A stretch of DNA of 64,000 bases from Cycas panzhihuaensis (taxonomy: Eukaryota; Plantae; Cycadophyta): assembly GCA_023213395.1 (NCBI GenBank), contig CM041465.1, positions 251,789,741 through 251,853,740 on the forward strand. Reading direction: 5' to 3'. Under the pieces are notes generated by a model. The model saw nothing but the letters and a program-made list of their open reading frames with translations. It was not told the DNA's origin and made no database searches. Positions 41,986 to 53,933 of this stretch are shown in pieces; position 1 is the first letter of the stretch; the number at the start of each line of letters is the position of its first letter. The position numbers and the translations under genes were made by a program.

Positions 41986-44047
41986 TGTTACATGGCTAAT
42001 CATATAACTAATCGATATAGAGAAATATGAAGAGAAATGGAAGAAATAAGATAAAGAAGAAAGAAGGATTTCGAAGAATATCATATCATCATTATTATAA
42101 TTATATCATCTTTACAAGTGAGTGAGGTATATGTAACACTCACCCCCTTATTATTATATTCCTATTTTTATGTCAACCAATCCTATTAATCCTCCTATAA
42201 TGGAGGGTCATAACCCTCTCTAACATGTGGTGAAGGCTCACCACATGCCCTCTCCCCTCAGATGATTTACCCTCGAAGCATCTTGATACATAAATGTATG
42301 TAATCACCTCCTATTATTAGTGTCCAACCGATAGTTCCATCAAAGGTTGTCTAAAAATCTGCACATTAAATAGGGATCTATCCATCTCAAGTAGGTTTTT
42401 ATGTGCCAATAATCTTAATGACCTTAGAACCTCAAGATAGAATGATGTACATACATGGGGTGCTTAGTTTGTGAGGGATTTATATAATGAGTACATCGAT
42501 GCTAAATCTCCTGATAGTGTGCGTGTCAATAAAGCCCCACTTTGGTATGTTTTCCAACTTGTAATGGGTGGCACTCTTCATTTTCTTTCACTATAATTAG
42601 TGGTATACGATGACAAACAACTTATGCTATTTTCTCTTGATATTCTTTTTCTTCATCATCAACTTTATTTTATTCTTAACATTGTAGAGTGGGGAGAATT
42701 CCTTATCCTACCTTTTGATTGTACTTCTCAAGTATTTGATGAGCTTCTTGTTTGTCTTGATCAAGGTTTTACATCCCCTTCCACTAAGAATCGTTATATT
42801 TTAGAAAGATACTTGATGCTAGCCAACAAAACGTATTGTATGGATTAGTGCAAGATCCATACCACTTCTAAAACCAAAGGTAAGCTTCCTTGTAGATATA
42901 ATGAGGCTACCTTGGACATCTCTTCACTGCTACAATAGTCTTTAGTAAGTGATTTAAAATATGCATACATATCTTTAAGTCAATTATTTATGAAAAGAGT
43001 CTCATCACCATTAAATGTGTGAGGCATGGGCCTTTCTGTAGCCATGATAATATAAATATAGGAGAGATTAGGGAGTTTCTATAGCCAGTTATCCCCCAAT
43101 TTTAAAACAAAAATAGATACTGCGCCTTAAGAGCAATGGTGTTATGACCAAAGTCCAAACGACTAAGAAAGTATAATATGAAACTCTTAATCTTAAATTT
43201 TTATTTTTGAAAAAACATGGCTCAAATAAAATAGCATCTAAAACATGATTCTAACAGTATAGATGTAATTCAATTATGATATCTAGATCAAAAGTTATAA
43301 CTATTTTCAAAAATATGTTGTTAGAGTTTTTTATGACTATAATAGTAACTACTAAAAAATACTAATAACTTTCTGTTGTGATCTTTGATTGACCTTAAAC
43401 CACATCCATTAGAAAGCAAATTGAAAAATAAATAGAATAAAAAAAATATTTAAGGTCATTTAGACACTTGTAGCCAAAGTTATAGCTCTTTGAAGTTGAG
43501 GTTATAAATTTATCCCAAAAATACAGTGATGAAAAAGTAAACCAAAATTAAATCTGCTATAATTTTTATTTCTTACTAAAACCAGCACTATAACCACTTA
43601 AAATATATAGAGAAAGCATTTTCATCTCAAATTCTCTATTGATTCTTCTAAAATATTTTGTCTTTACTCCCAACGAGTAGAACTTCCATATGTCAAAAAC
43701 CCTAGAAAAAAAATTACCCTACTTTAGTACTTTGTAGCAAAATAGATCCCTAACTCTTGTATAGATAAAAAATAGCTCTGATACCACTTGTTACATGGCT
43801 AGTCCTATAACTAATTGATATAGAGAAATATGAAGAGAAATGAAAGAAATGAGATAAAGAAGAAAGAAGGGTATGAAGAACATCGTATCATCATTATTAC
43901 TATTATATCATTTTTACAATAGAGTGAGGTATATATAACACTCACCCCCTTATTATTATATTTCTACCTTTATATCAACCAATCCCATTAATCCTCATAT
44001 GATGGAGGGTCATAACCCTCTCTAATATATGGTGAAGGCTCACCACA
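41986..44047 (-). mobile_element. Non-autonomous gag-only (TR-GAG-like) LTR element C, 2.06 kb
   Basis: LTRs 41986-42245 and 43789-44047; reverse PBS GCTCTGATACCA at 43775-43786; reverse PPT CCCTCTCCCCTC at ~42248-42259; perfect TSD TAAGA; empty site at ~599; decayed gag-like frame from ATG 43045. Confidence 0.95.
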
Positions 44048-46602
44048 TAAGAGAAATAATCCTCCCATAAAATCATAGATCACTTGGTGAAGGAACTTTA
44101 ACAACAACATCAAGATGCATAAGCATTCTAATATAACTTAATCACTAGTATGACGACCATATTTTAACAAGTACTACACCAATAACTTGTTCCAATAGTG
44201 CTTCTACTCAAATAGTCCTTTTTTAAATTGGATGCTAAAATCAATATTCTACTTTTTTAGGGTACCTTGAATGCCAACAAGTTAGATGTATCGCTTTGTA
44301 GTCTTGAGGCATAGTTCAAGACATAATAACTCACGGAGCCCTAAAAATTAATTATTGTTAAAATATACCTAGCTAACCAAGCCTTAACATGGTGGCAAGT
44401 CCTCTCATACCACCAACCTATTACTACCTAGAACAAATTCAAGCATGCCATTTGCAATTATTTCTAACCATTGGAATACATGGATGAGCTCACTACCCAT
44501 TGGTTGCAACTACAACAAATATTAGGATAGTCAGTCCAACAATACATTGACAACTTCCTTAAGTTATCCATCACATTAGAGATCACCAACCATGATCATA
44601 TTCTCAAACTAAAGTTTATTAGAGGCTTTCTTTTATATATTCAACAAGAAATAGAACTATTCTAAGTTCCTACATTGGAGGAAACCTTCCAATTCACTCT
44701 CAATTGGAGGCCAAAGTTTCCTCAGTTGTTATTCATAGCACCCACTTCCTTATCCAAAGCACTATTTATGCCCAAATCTTAGTGCCCTCCCACCATGGGC
44801 CCTACAAAATATTTCTCTTTTCATAAATGCTATGGATATGCAAATAATACATGTCAAGAATAATGTAATAACTCCATTGTAATGGCAGAATCTCAAGTAA
44901 CACCTAAATAATTAAACATTATATCTATCATCAGACCTAAAGCTCTAGATTCATAGTTAGTTCTCATGACAATTATGTATTCCATATAAGACAAAGAACA
45001 GTATGAAGAATTTTGTCTCCAAAACTTTAGTAGAATCTCTACAGTTACCGATCAAGCCATATTTAAAATCATATACTCTTGGATGGCTTATGATGAACGA
45101 GCATACAAACATGGTTGACAATGTCTATAACATCACAATTGCCATGCCACCATTGATTGACATAATTGATTGTGATATTACCCCTATGGATTATAGTGAC
45201 CCATTAAGCCACCCTATCAACATGATCATTGAGTGTTATATGATGGCTTCCACAACACATAGATGCTTTATAAGGATGAAAAACCATACAAATTCTAATT
45301 AACTTATATTCCTTCATCAAAGGTACTCCTCATAGGGAATCAAGTAGTCAAATTAGTAAGCACCTCTAAGAAAATAGTATTCTTTACGATTTGTCAAGCT
45401 AAATAGGAAAATTATAATAAAATTTCACTAATAGTAATAAAATCTCTTTTAAATATGTATTCTGATGTGTTTGCATAGCCCAAAGGCCTTCCATCTAAAA
45501 GAGCCATACAACATGCAATTAATATCTTTCCAGGATCACCCCTCCCAAACTAAGCTCCATACCACACAACTCCTAATGCATAAGTCAAACTAGAGAGGTA
45601 ATTAACACAATTGATTAACAAACAAAGGAAAATTTTAGTCGAGTCGATCCCCTTGTGGCTCATTCACCTTATTCATTCCTAAAAGGGACAAGGAAAAGTA
45701 GTTATGCATCCACTATAGGGCTCTCAATAAAGTCACAGTGAAAAATAGATATCCTCTTCCATACATCAATGACTTCATAGACTAGCTAAAAGGAGAAAAA
45801 TACTTTAGCAAAAGTGATCTCACCTTAAGATATCACCAAGTTTACGTGGAAGTCCATAACACATGGAAGATAACCTTCAAGACTCAACGTGGTTTATATG
45901 AGTGGTTAGTGATGCCTTTTTTCCTAACTAATGTTGTAACCAATTTCATACAACTCATTAATGATAATTTTTAGCCATATTTAGAAAAATTTATTATTGC
46001 ATATCTCGATGACATACTTATATTTATAACTACTTTAGAGGAGCATCTACAATATGTTGACAAAATCATGGCCCTACTTTGACAACACCAACTCAATGTC
46101 AAATTCAAAAAATATTCCTTTGCACATAAGTCCATCTCTTACCTTGGGTTCATCATCGATGCTAAAGGTATTCATATGGATCTTAACAAAGTTTGCATCA
46201 TCCATTGTTGGACCACACTAGTGAATCTCATAAAACTCAAAAGTGTCCTTGGTAGTATTAATTTTTATCACAATTTCATTTGACATTTCTCCAACTTAGT
46301 AAATCCACTCAACATTCTCACTAAAAAGTTCTAAGGAATTTATAAAAGTAGAAGCAACTTTCTAAAAGCTGAAAAGTCACCTTATGTATGTCACATGTCC
46401 TCCATCTCCCCAATATCAACCAACCTTTTAAGGTAGAAATAGATGCTTCCCAATTTTTCTTAGTTGTAGTTTTATAGGGAAGACATCCAATAGCCTATCA
46501 CTCTTAAATATTTTCACAAGCTAAGCTCAACCATAAAACATATGATAAAGAATTTTATGCATTGGTCTAGGACCTCAAACACTAGAAGCACTTTCTATTA
46601 GG

Positions 46603-49600
46603 TGTTGGAGTTAATCATCATCACTCCACTCCCACCTTTCTACCAGGATTGTACACCTCATCAACCTCAATTTAGACATGTGATGCTCAACATGTCAAGG
46701 TAAGTTAAGGTAAGTTTAACTTTGATTCAAGTTAATTTCATTTGAGTTAAGTTAATATTATTTTATTATTATTTTGAATTCAGGGATTGAGGAGTTTCCC
46801 TCCTACTCCAAATTATAAATATTGAGGGGTGTGTAACCCTGGTATCTTCAGACATTACCTCTAACATTAGAAATTTGTATTGCTCACTTTCAATAATAGA
46901 TTGAAGATTTAAGCTCTCATGTTTATGCTACTATTATGCAACATTGTATTGAAGATTTATATTAGAATATTGATATTTTGATCTATTGATTTATGATTAT
47001 CTCTTTCATGTTCTGCCATGTTCTCTTGTAAAACTTTTTCCTATATTTGGTATCAGAGCTATTTGGGCTCTATTTTATTTCCTTCATCTGGTATTAGAGC
47101 TATTTGGGCTCCATTTTATTTCCTTCATCTGGTATCAGAGCGAGTTCATGATCCATTAGTAAAGTTTTTTGAAAAAGCAAGAAGATTTTGAGGCAGATTT
47201 TCTCACAAGCAAATAATATCAGTTATACTTGTTTTCTGTAAATTTTTTTAGTAAATTTCTTCTATTTTTTCATCAAGTTTTGATTATTATTGATCTATTT
47301 TCTAGTATAACAAATATACTTCAAATTTATGCAGATTTTTTGTTATATTTCCAGATCTACGAAGGAGATCAACATATTTTAGCAGCAAGTTATTTGTATT
47401 CAAGATTTTTATCATATTTGATATATATATTTTTTAGATCTACAGTTTTTATCACATATTTGACAGTTTTCAAGTTTATTTGTCTATTTTATGTAATATT
47501 TTTTGCAGATCTGCAAAGGAGATCAGTTGCATATAAGATTCATACAGTTTTTCTTCAAGATCTATAATTTTTACTTCAGATCTACCATAGTTTTCTATAG
47601 ATCTGGTTTATATTTTTCAGATCTGCTCTTTCTATCAAATATTTGATAGTTTCCTAGTTTATTCTGTTCAAATATTCAATATTTTTTCAGATCTACTGGT
47701 TTTTATTTCAGATCTGCAGGTTTTTAGTGTATATTCAGCATAAAATGCCGCTTGAAGAAGTTATATTACAGCTCTTATTGTCTATTTCACTATTTTCTTT
47801 AGTTTTTGGGCAGCTACAACACATTAGTTTAATTATTCATATTTAAATCTCAAACTTTACATACTATAAAGTTTATTTATTTAATGTTTTTCATATTTTT
47901 TCTTATTTCCATGTTTTCTATTTTTTATTTTTGTACGACTTTATCCTTGGTTTGGCAAATTTATGCAATAGATCTGCTACTCAAAATCCTAGAAAGTGAC
48001 CACTCATTGTGATCCTTGCTGAGTCAGTAATCCAGTGAAAGAGACGGTTTGTGATTCCATTGATCAGACAGCAAGATATCTCATCTGAATCAATTGCTAC
48101 TTCAGTTTGGCCTCCATTCGATCTGCAAGCTCGTTCTCAGTGTAGAAGCAACGAATCACTGTGAAATTTTACCAATGCCTGGCCATCCAAGACACCCTAC
48201 TACCTATACAATCTTGTCTCATTTGATGGCATGTACAGAGAGATCTAGCCTCCAAAGCGACTAAAACCCTAGTTTACCAGGTTTTTTCATCGTTTTCTCA
48301 CTATTTTTTGAAATATTTTCAAAGTTTCTTTATAAAATCTATATCTTTCTACTTGGGCACCTCTCTGTAAGTCCATCTCACTCATATCTAAGCTTTTTTC
48401 ATGTATGTTTCTCTCTGTTTTCTTTGCGTGGCCGCCATTCTATTTTTTCACATAATACATATATATGTATTTTTTATCATTTTTAAACACTTTTTAACCC
48501 CGATCTGTCTGAAGATCTCTGTGAAAGGTCGATCTATCTCCTTCTACATCTAAATCACTCATTTTTTATGAATCTTTTACCCTTATTTCGTCATGTAGCC
48601 AGGCCGCATGGCCATTACGTTTAATTTTCTTGTTTTATTTTTCATAAAGTTTAAAAAATCAAAACATATTACATAATATTTCGAATCCGGGCCCTTAAAG
48701 GCTTAAGCCCCTTTATCTCTTATCCCTCAGTCACCAGACGTTTCCATATGACCATTAGCAAGGGGCTAACATAAGTTTTAACACTTTTTTCATTTTATTT
48801 TAAAAAAAAAATCATTTTTATATATGGTTACTAGCAAATTTTTACCATAATTCATCACTAAGTCATCGGTTTCTAACGAAACTAGTTTCATTGGGTTAGA
48901 AATTTTTCGTAGATCCATTTTGACTGGTTATATGACCAATTTGGTGTTCATTTGACCCCGTTTCAGTTGATTTAAAGTCAATCAGTCATTTTTTCAGCAT
49001 TTTTTAAACTTTTTATAAAATCACTTTTTGAACTGATTATAGTTTATTACCGAGTGACTATTTTCTATCCAAATTTATTCTAAAGTGATCTACGTTCAAC
49101 ATACTTCATTACTCATTTTTTATTTTAATTTTTAAAGTTTATTTTCATTATTTTTTTAATCGCCAAACCTGGCACTTTAGTGGTTTTTAACATTTTTCTT
49201 AACATTTTACTATAAAGGTACATGTTGCCATTTTTATTATAACTTCTCTGTTTTGTATCAAAATCCAGCCCTGTTAATTTCATTGGGAACCTGACTCACC
49301 TCTCTTCGATATGACATAGTGTTTTATATGTTTTAATGTATTTTTACTTATTTTTAAGTTGTTCAAAATAGAGGTACTTAATTGCCTCCAACCTACCATT
49401 TTTTACACATTTTTATTTATATTTCTCAAAAATTTTCAGCTAAAAGTATATTGAGCTGTCTTCTAAATAATATTTAATCATTTCTCAGTATTTTATAAAA
49501 TTTTATTAACAATTTTATACTTTTTTGAGCTTCTTGCTCCCTTTAAGCCTCAAAAAATGGCATGTTCCTTTGATTTATCAAACCTTGATTTGTAGGAACT

Positions 49601-51290
49601 CGTTTTTAAAATGGTCAATTCTGTTGGATTCATATTTTATTGATCTTCAAACTGGTGAAGTTTCATATTCTTATGACATCGTTTAGTATACTTTTGAAGC
49701 AACCAAACTTGAGGTTATCCTCTAAGACTTCTTTTAAAAGGTTTCTTCATACTCCTTATCTTTCAAAGTAAAATATAAATATATTTCAGTTTTTTTAGTA
49801 TTATATATTATCATCAAGTCTAAGGATTTATTGTATTGAGAATTTACATTTATTCATTTGAAGAAAATCCAAAGGTTAAGGTCTTATTTTATATTTGTAT
49901 CGTTAAAAGGATATTGGTATATAATTTCAAAGTTGTTTATATATTTATTATTTCCTTATTACATTTAGTTCATTTATTTTCAAAAGGCATTACATTTCTT
50001 TTGAAAAGTATATTTGACATCATATAAGTTTAGTCACTTATTAACTTTTTTAAATTGATAAAAGTATTCTTTTATGTACTAAAAATTTATGTAAAATAAT
50101 ACAATTACCTATATTTGATGGGCAAAATTTTTCAGAATGGAACAAGGTTATGAAAAACTATTTTATTGCATATGATTTATGGAAATATTTGTAAGATGAC
50201 TATGATGTTAATATTAAGGAAAACATTAGAAAGGATAATGAAGTATTTGTATTATTATTTTATACTATTCATGATGATGTTTTTTCAAAGGTTTATGAAT
50301 TAACTACTTCTAAATCTATTTGAGATATTTTAATTTCCACTTATTGGGTAGATACCCTCCTTGTATTTGATGATATTTTTGTTGAGTATATGAAACAAGT
50401 GACAGAACAGATAGATCATGATGACAAAACCAATGAAGATTCAGATCAAATATAGGACCAACTTGCTACACAAGGATTTGATCCTCCATTTGAGGGGAAG
50501 AATGAAAATGAATCATATGACATGATGGAGAATGAATCTGATATGACAAAAAAGGAATTTTATGATATGACAGTTGTTGACGATCTGATTACAAAAGATA
50601 AAGTTCAAATTCAAATTTTTCTCAATGTTCTAGTTGACAAAGTCAAAGTTGCATCTATACATACATACTTGAATCAAGCATCATTTACTTATAGCTTTTT
50701 TAAATTACTTTATGATACAAAGACATATGTTGCAAGAAGGTTGAGGCATGTTGATAAAGATCAAAATTTTAAAGTTTTTTTCAAGTATAAATTCCACAAG
50801 TTCAAGGAAAAGATACAAGTGTTCGTGATAACATTAAGGGGGAGAATGTTGGAGTTAATTGTCATCACTCTACTCCCACCTTTCTAACCAGGATTGTACA
50901 CCTCATCAACCTTACTTTAGACATGTGATGCTCAACATGTCAAGGTAAGTTAAGGTAAGTTTAACTTTGATTGAAGTTAGTTTCATTTGAGTTAAGTTAA
51001 CATTATTTTATTATTATTTTGAATTCAGGGGTTGAGGAGTTTCCCTCCTCCTCCAAATTATAAATATTGAGGGGTGTGTAACCCTGGTATCTTGAGACAC
51101 TACCTCCAACATTGAAAATTTGTATTGCTCACTTTCAACAATGGATTGAAGATTCAAGCTCTCATATTTATGCTACTATTGTGCAACATTGTATTAAAGA
51201 TTTATATTAGAATATTGATATTTTGATCTATTGATTTATGATTATCTCTTTCATGTTCTACCATGTTCTCCTACAAAACATTTTCCTACA
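46603..51290 (+). mobile_element. Copia-derived gag-only element D (4.7 kb) with triple PBS and ~3-kb non-coding leader
   Basis: LTRs 46603-47045 and 50847-51290; perfect TSD TTAGG; empty site at ~3197; PPT AAGGGGGAGAA at 50836-50846; copia gag N-terminus at ~50100. Confidence 0.96.
50095..50845 (+). pseudogene. gag: Copia Gag N-terminal domain (DUF4219/UBN2-like) with acidic tail, decayed
   Basis: Reads QLPIFDGQNFSEWNKVMKNYFIAYDLWKYL*...KDNEVF...IHDDVFSKV...TSKSI*DIL; ORF 50522-50887 runs through the PPT. Confidence 0.8.
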
Positions 51291-51600
51291 TTAGGAAAAA
51301 AAACCATCATCCACATTGATCATCAACCCCTTCAATACCTCAAATCCTAGTCTAAGATACAAGAGCAAAAACATTTGAAATGGGCATCTTATATACAACA
51401 ATTTTAACTTGATATCAAGTACAAAAAAGGGACCTCCAACAAAGTTGCTAATTTCTTAAGCCACCCATCAATGCATACCTTAGCTACCATCTTGGATATC
51501 AAATTTAATAGCTACTCTAAATAGAAAGATCTTTATCCATCTGACCCACTATTTAGACTTATTCTGTCTACTCTTCTCCATTCCCCCATTATTCATATCA

Positions 51601-53826
51601 AGTTCCCTCATCCCAAGGATCATAATCATTAATGTCAATACATGGAGGATTCACAATACCTAATAGTAGAATCCCCTTTAGAATGTGTATCTATATATGA
51701 AGTAAGTAAGTATCAAGAGGCTGGACTCTTGATTAGATACTTAGAGAAGTGGACCCTTAATTATGGCAAGGTGTGCAAAGCTAAGCAGATGGTCTTTCAA
51801 ATTGATTCTAACCTCTCTATAGAAGAAGATTAAAACTTTGAGCCTCAACCAAGTGATGACCCTCCCGAAGAACCCTTTCCTAACCCCAAACTAGAAGTCT
51901 CCTTGGAAATTATTTCCTTTACATCTTTTCCTAAACTCCTTAGAGTTAATGTTACACTTTGAAAACCACCATTACCATCCTAATCAACAGTGCTGCACTA
52001 CTTAATTTAATTCATATATCCTTAGCCAAATAACCTAACTTGTATATTGTCCCTAAGAGAAGCATCACTTGCTAGTTGTTGAGATACCATACCCTTCACA
52101 TTGCTAGAATAATCATAAATTTAAAAATCCAAATTAGCACATATCACCAAGTATCTGACTTCTACACTTTATCTATTGGTGGATTTAATGTTATCCTAGG
52201 AGCCTAGTGCTTTAAACCCTTAATACATATAGCACAAATAACTCTTCTACTAACCCTTTTATCTTATTTAAAGATAACCTTGGTCGAACACTCAACTTCA
52301 TGGTATTTATCCCCCTCCTAATAAACTTATTTCTCTTAAACAAATGCATAAGAAACTCAATAGTAGTATGGGTTACATAGTCTGTATTAATAATATTAAA
52401 GCCCAACTGACAAACCACCTTGACATATAATACATCCTTAACTTATACCACTCCATCTTCACCCTCTCCCTCCTAGTCCTCCCCTACATCATGGTTTCCA
52501 CCATATAATCAAGTTCAAGAATCCCTATGACCCTATAAGCCTTAGGCCTTAACATAATTCATACTTTCAAAAAAATAAAATTAAGAAAATCACTTCTGAA
52601 CTTATGGACATGGGCATTATTCAACCTAGAAAAAGTCCCTAAGTTGCACCCATTATTATAGTTTAGAAAAAGGATATGTCTCTTTGACTATGTGTCAACT
52701 ACTAAGAGATCAATAAAATTATAATAAAAAATAAATTTCTAACTCCTCAAATTAACAATATGTTAGACAAAATCCATGGTGCCATAATATTTTCTAAACT
52801 TGACCTCTAATCTAGGTATTATCAAATCCCTATTGCTCCTAAGAATTGCCATAAAACTACCTTCCATACATACCATGGTCACTTCAAATTTTGGGTTATG
52901 CCTTTTTGTCTTTATAATGCCCTAGCCATATTTCAAGCCATAATGAATAAAATATTTGTACAATATCTTTGAAAGTTTGTCATTGCCTTTTTTTATGACA
53001 TACTCATTTACATTTCTTATTCATCCCAATATCTCCAATATTTAGAAGTTATCCATTAAATGCTTGCTCAACAACAACTCTTATACCAAATTATCCAAAT
53101 ATGAATTTGGAAAATCTAAGCTTTAGTACCTTAGTTATATCATTTCCTCAAAGGGCATCTAGGTTGACCCTAGCAAAATTTCTATTATTATTATTTAGCC
53201 AACCCACAAAAACCTCATTCAATTACGAGCTTTCCTCAAGCTCACTAGGTTTTCTATCATTTTTTCAGAAACTATGCTTCTCTTATCACCCCCCTTATTA
53301 ACTTACTCAAAAATAAATGATTTTAGTGTCCTCCTACTATATACAAAGCTTTTAACCATCTAAAAATGATTATACCTATTGCACCCTTACTACTAACTTT
53401 CAAATGGCCATTGTCTAGTAAAAACTCTAAGATATAGATTAAAACCTCCACACTCTCAAGTATAATTTGTCCATTGCCTAGAATTGCATAAATCAACTCA
53501 TCGGCCACCATCATTATGATCATTTATTCTTAGTTGGTCACCTTTTATTTCTCCACCTCCAACCATATAAGTAGCAATCCTTAAAGAAAAATAAAAATCA
53601 TAAGTTAAGCCCTTATTCTTATGATCCCTATAAGATCCCTTAGCATATTAATGAAGTTGCTTTTACCTTCAAACTCCCCCTTAACAGAAAGATTCATAAT
53701 GTTTTCTATGTTTCTTACCTCAAAAAACACCTTGGTAAAGTTGTCACCCCATAAACTATCCTTCCCATCCTTAACGAAGAGCAAATCCCCATTGTTCCTC
53801 CTAACTACATCTTAGGAGAAAGGACT
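51601..53826 (+). mobile_element. Old Reina-like gypsy element O: gag end, protease, RT, deletion, integrase C-terminus
   Basis: ILINSAA protease remnant (~51980), IFSKLDL*SRYYQI (~52790), FFYDILIY (~52990), LHLQPYK*QSL...PYKI...IHNVFYVSYLKK (53550-53730), PPT-like AGGAGAAAGGA before TGTTAT at 53827. Confidence 0.85.
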
Positions 53827-53933
53827 TGTTATATAACTACCTCTAATAATGAGACCTGACTAATAACACATGTGACTGAGAAACTTGATTATTAATGATA
53901 TCTATTAATATTTATGTATTGGCCACTTGCTCT

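Larger units (their letters stand above)
34632..51600 (+). mobile_element. Element A, copy 2, interrupted by B, C and D; integrase and most of the 3' LTR deleted
   Basis: LTR starts TGATGAGT at 34632, resumes at 40869 and ends ~41111; PBS at 41114; gag ~44200; RT YLDD at 46002-46013; RNase H split by D; ends ATTCATATCA at 51600. Confidence 0.9.
25795..51865 (+). repeat. Segmental duplication, copy 2, expanded by four nested insertions (G, B, C, D)
   Basis: Left part collinear with copy 1; right part collinear with 1-5423, including non-A flanking sequence. Confidence 0.92.

Noticed and set aside
43250-43500. CAAAAGTTAT(G/A) motif shared with 55860 as evidence that C and the 830-bp element are related
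   Set aside because: It is a short motif common in many plant LTR elements, and I see no extended alignment.
47048-47141. CRISPR-like repeat-spacer array
   Set aside because: The spacers are near-identical, the repeat is the tRNA-Met PBS, the context is eukaryotic and no cas genes are present.
47229-47567. env-like ORF in element D
   Set aside because: T-rich low-complexity leader with a TTG start, placed 5' of gag, with no env features.
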